From Chiloscyllium plagiosum (lineage: Eukaryota), in NCBI RefSeq assembly GCF_004010195.1, contig NC_057750.1, positions 19,348,222 through 19,412,221 of the forward strand: a DNA stretch of 64,000 nucleotides, given 5' to 3'. Every line of letters begins with the position of its first letter. Position 1 is the stretch's first letter. Shown here piece by piece: positions 63,590-64,000 of this stretch. Both the position numbers and the translations under genes were made by a program. The notes under the pieces are model-generated. The model searched no databases. It was not told where the DNA came from and was given only the letters and a program-made list of their open reading frames with translations.

Positions 63590-64000
63590 CTTTTCCTATT
63601 ATTCAGCAAATGGACTCTCAGGTATCTGACAGTCCATGGATTACATGGATTGGGACCTTAATACTGAAGGATGCAGAATAGGAAACTGGAAAAGCTGAGT
63701 GGTGCTTCGTTAATGGATGATAGTATTAGCACAATAGAGACGGATATCCTGTGATCAGGAAACGAGGATGTAGATGTGGTTTGGGTAAAGATGGGAAATG
63801 ATTGAAGCCAGTTTCTGGAGAATAGCATACACATAGTATAAAGGAAGAAGTAAACAGACCTTGTCAGAAAGATATGCAATAATCAAGGAGGATTTTAATT
63901 TACACATAGACTAGAAAAGTCAGATTGGCAAAGTTAGCCCAAATAAGGATTTGTAGAATATTGTAGAATATGGTCTCTTAGAGTAGAAAGTTTGGATCTA
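63590..64000 (+). mobile_element. probable CR1 endonuclease-region fragment
   Basis: Remnants such as ataatcaagggaggattttaatttacacatagac (GDFNLHID-like) and gtttgggtaaag (VWV). Confidence 0.55.

Noticed and set aside
58409..64000. Next AXL exon (rest of FN3-1)
   Set aside because: No open segment with FN3 motifs and suitable splice sites was found; it probably lies beyond the window.

Overview
This is vertebrate genomic DNA, almost certainly from a shark or other elasmobranch, judged from its HE1-type SINEs and HER1/CR1-type LINE tails. It contains three assembly gaps (452-951, 1787-2277, 15937-15957). The only host gene I can support is five consecutive + strand coding exons of a TAM-family receptor tyrosine kinase, most likely AXL: 23102-23297, 25313-25413, 28210-28392, 48941-49021 and 58293-58408. 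All have AG/GT splice sites and compatible phases, and together they encode Ig1, Ig2 and the start of FN3-1. Three of these exons are absent from the ORF track. The signal-peptide exon and downstream exons were not found. The rest of the window is transposon-derived: CR1/HER1 LINE fragments, HE1 and a second tRNA-derived SINE family, a Tx1/L1-like relic, three solo LTRs, a pogo/Tigger-like MITE, Penelope-like elements (PLEs) and several large minisatellites. The most notable signal is a set of small, often palindromic PLE-derived insertions, some with target-site duplications, that carry minimal hammerhead ribozyme cores (CTGANGA..stem..GAAAC). Some of these lie in the sense strand of AXL introns. 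Repeat boundaries are approximate and family names come from recognition, not database searches.
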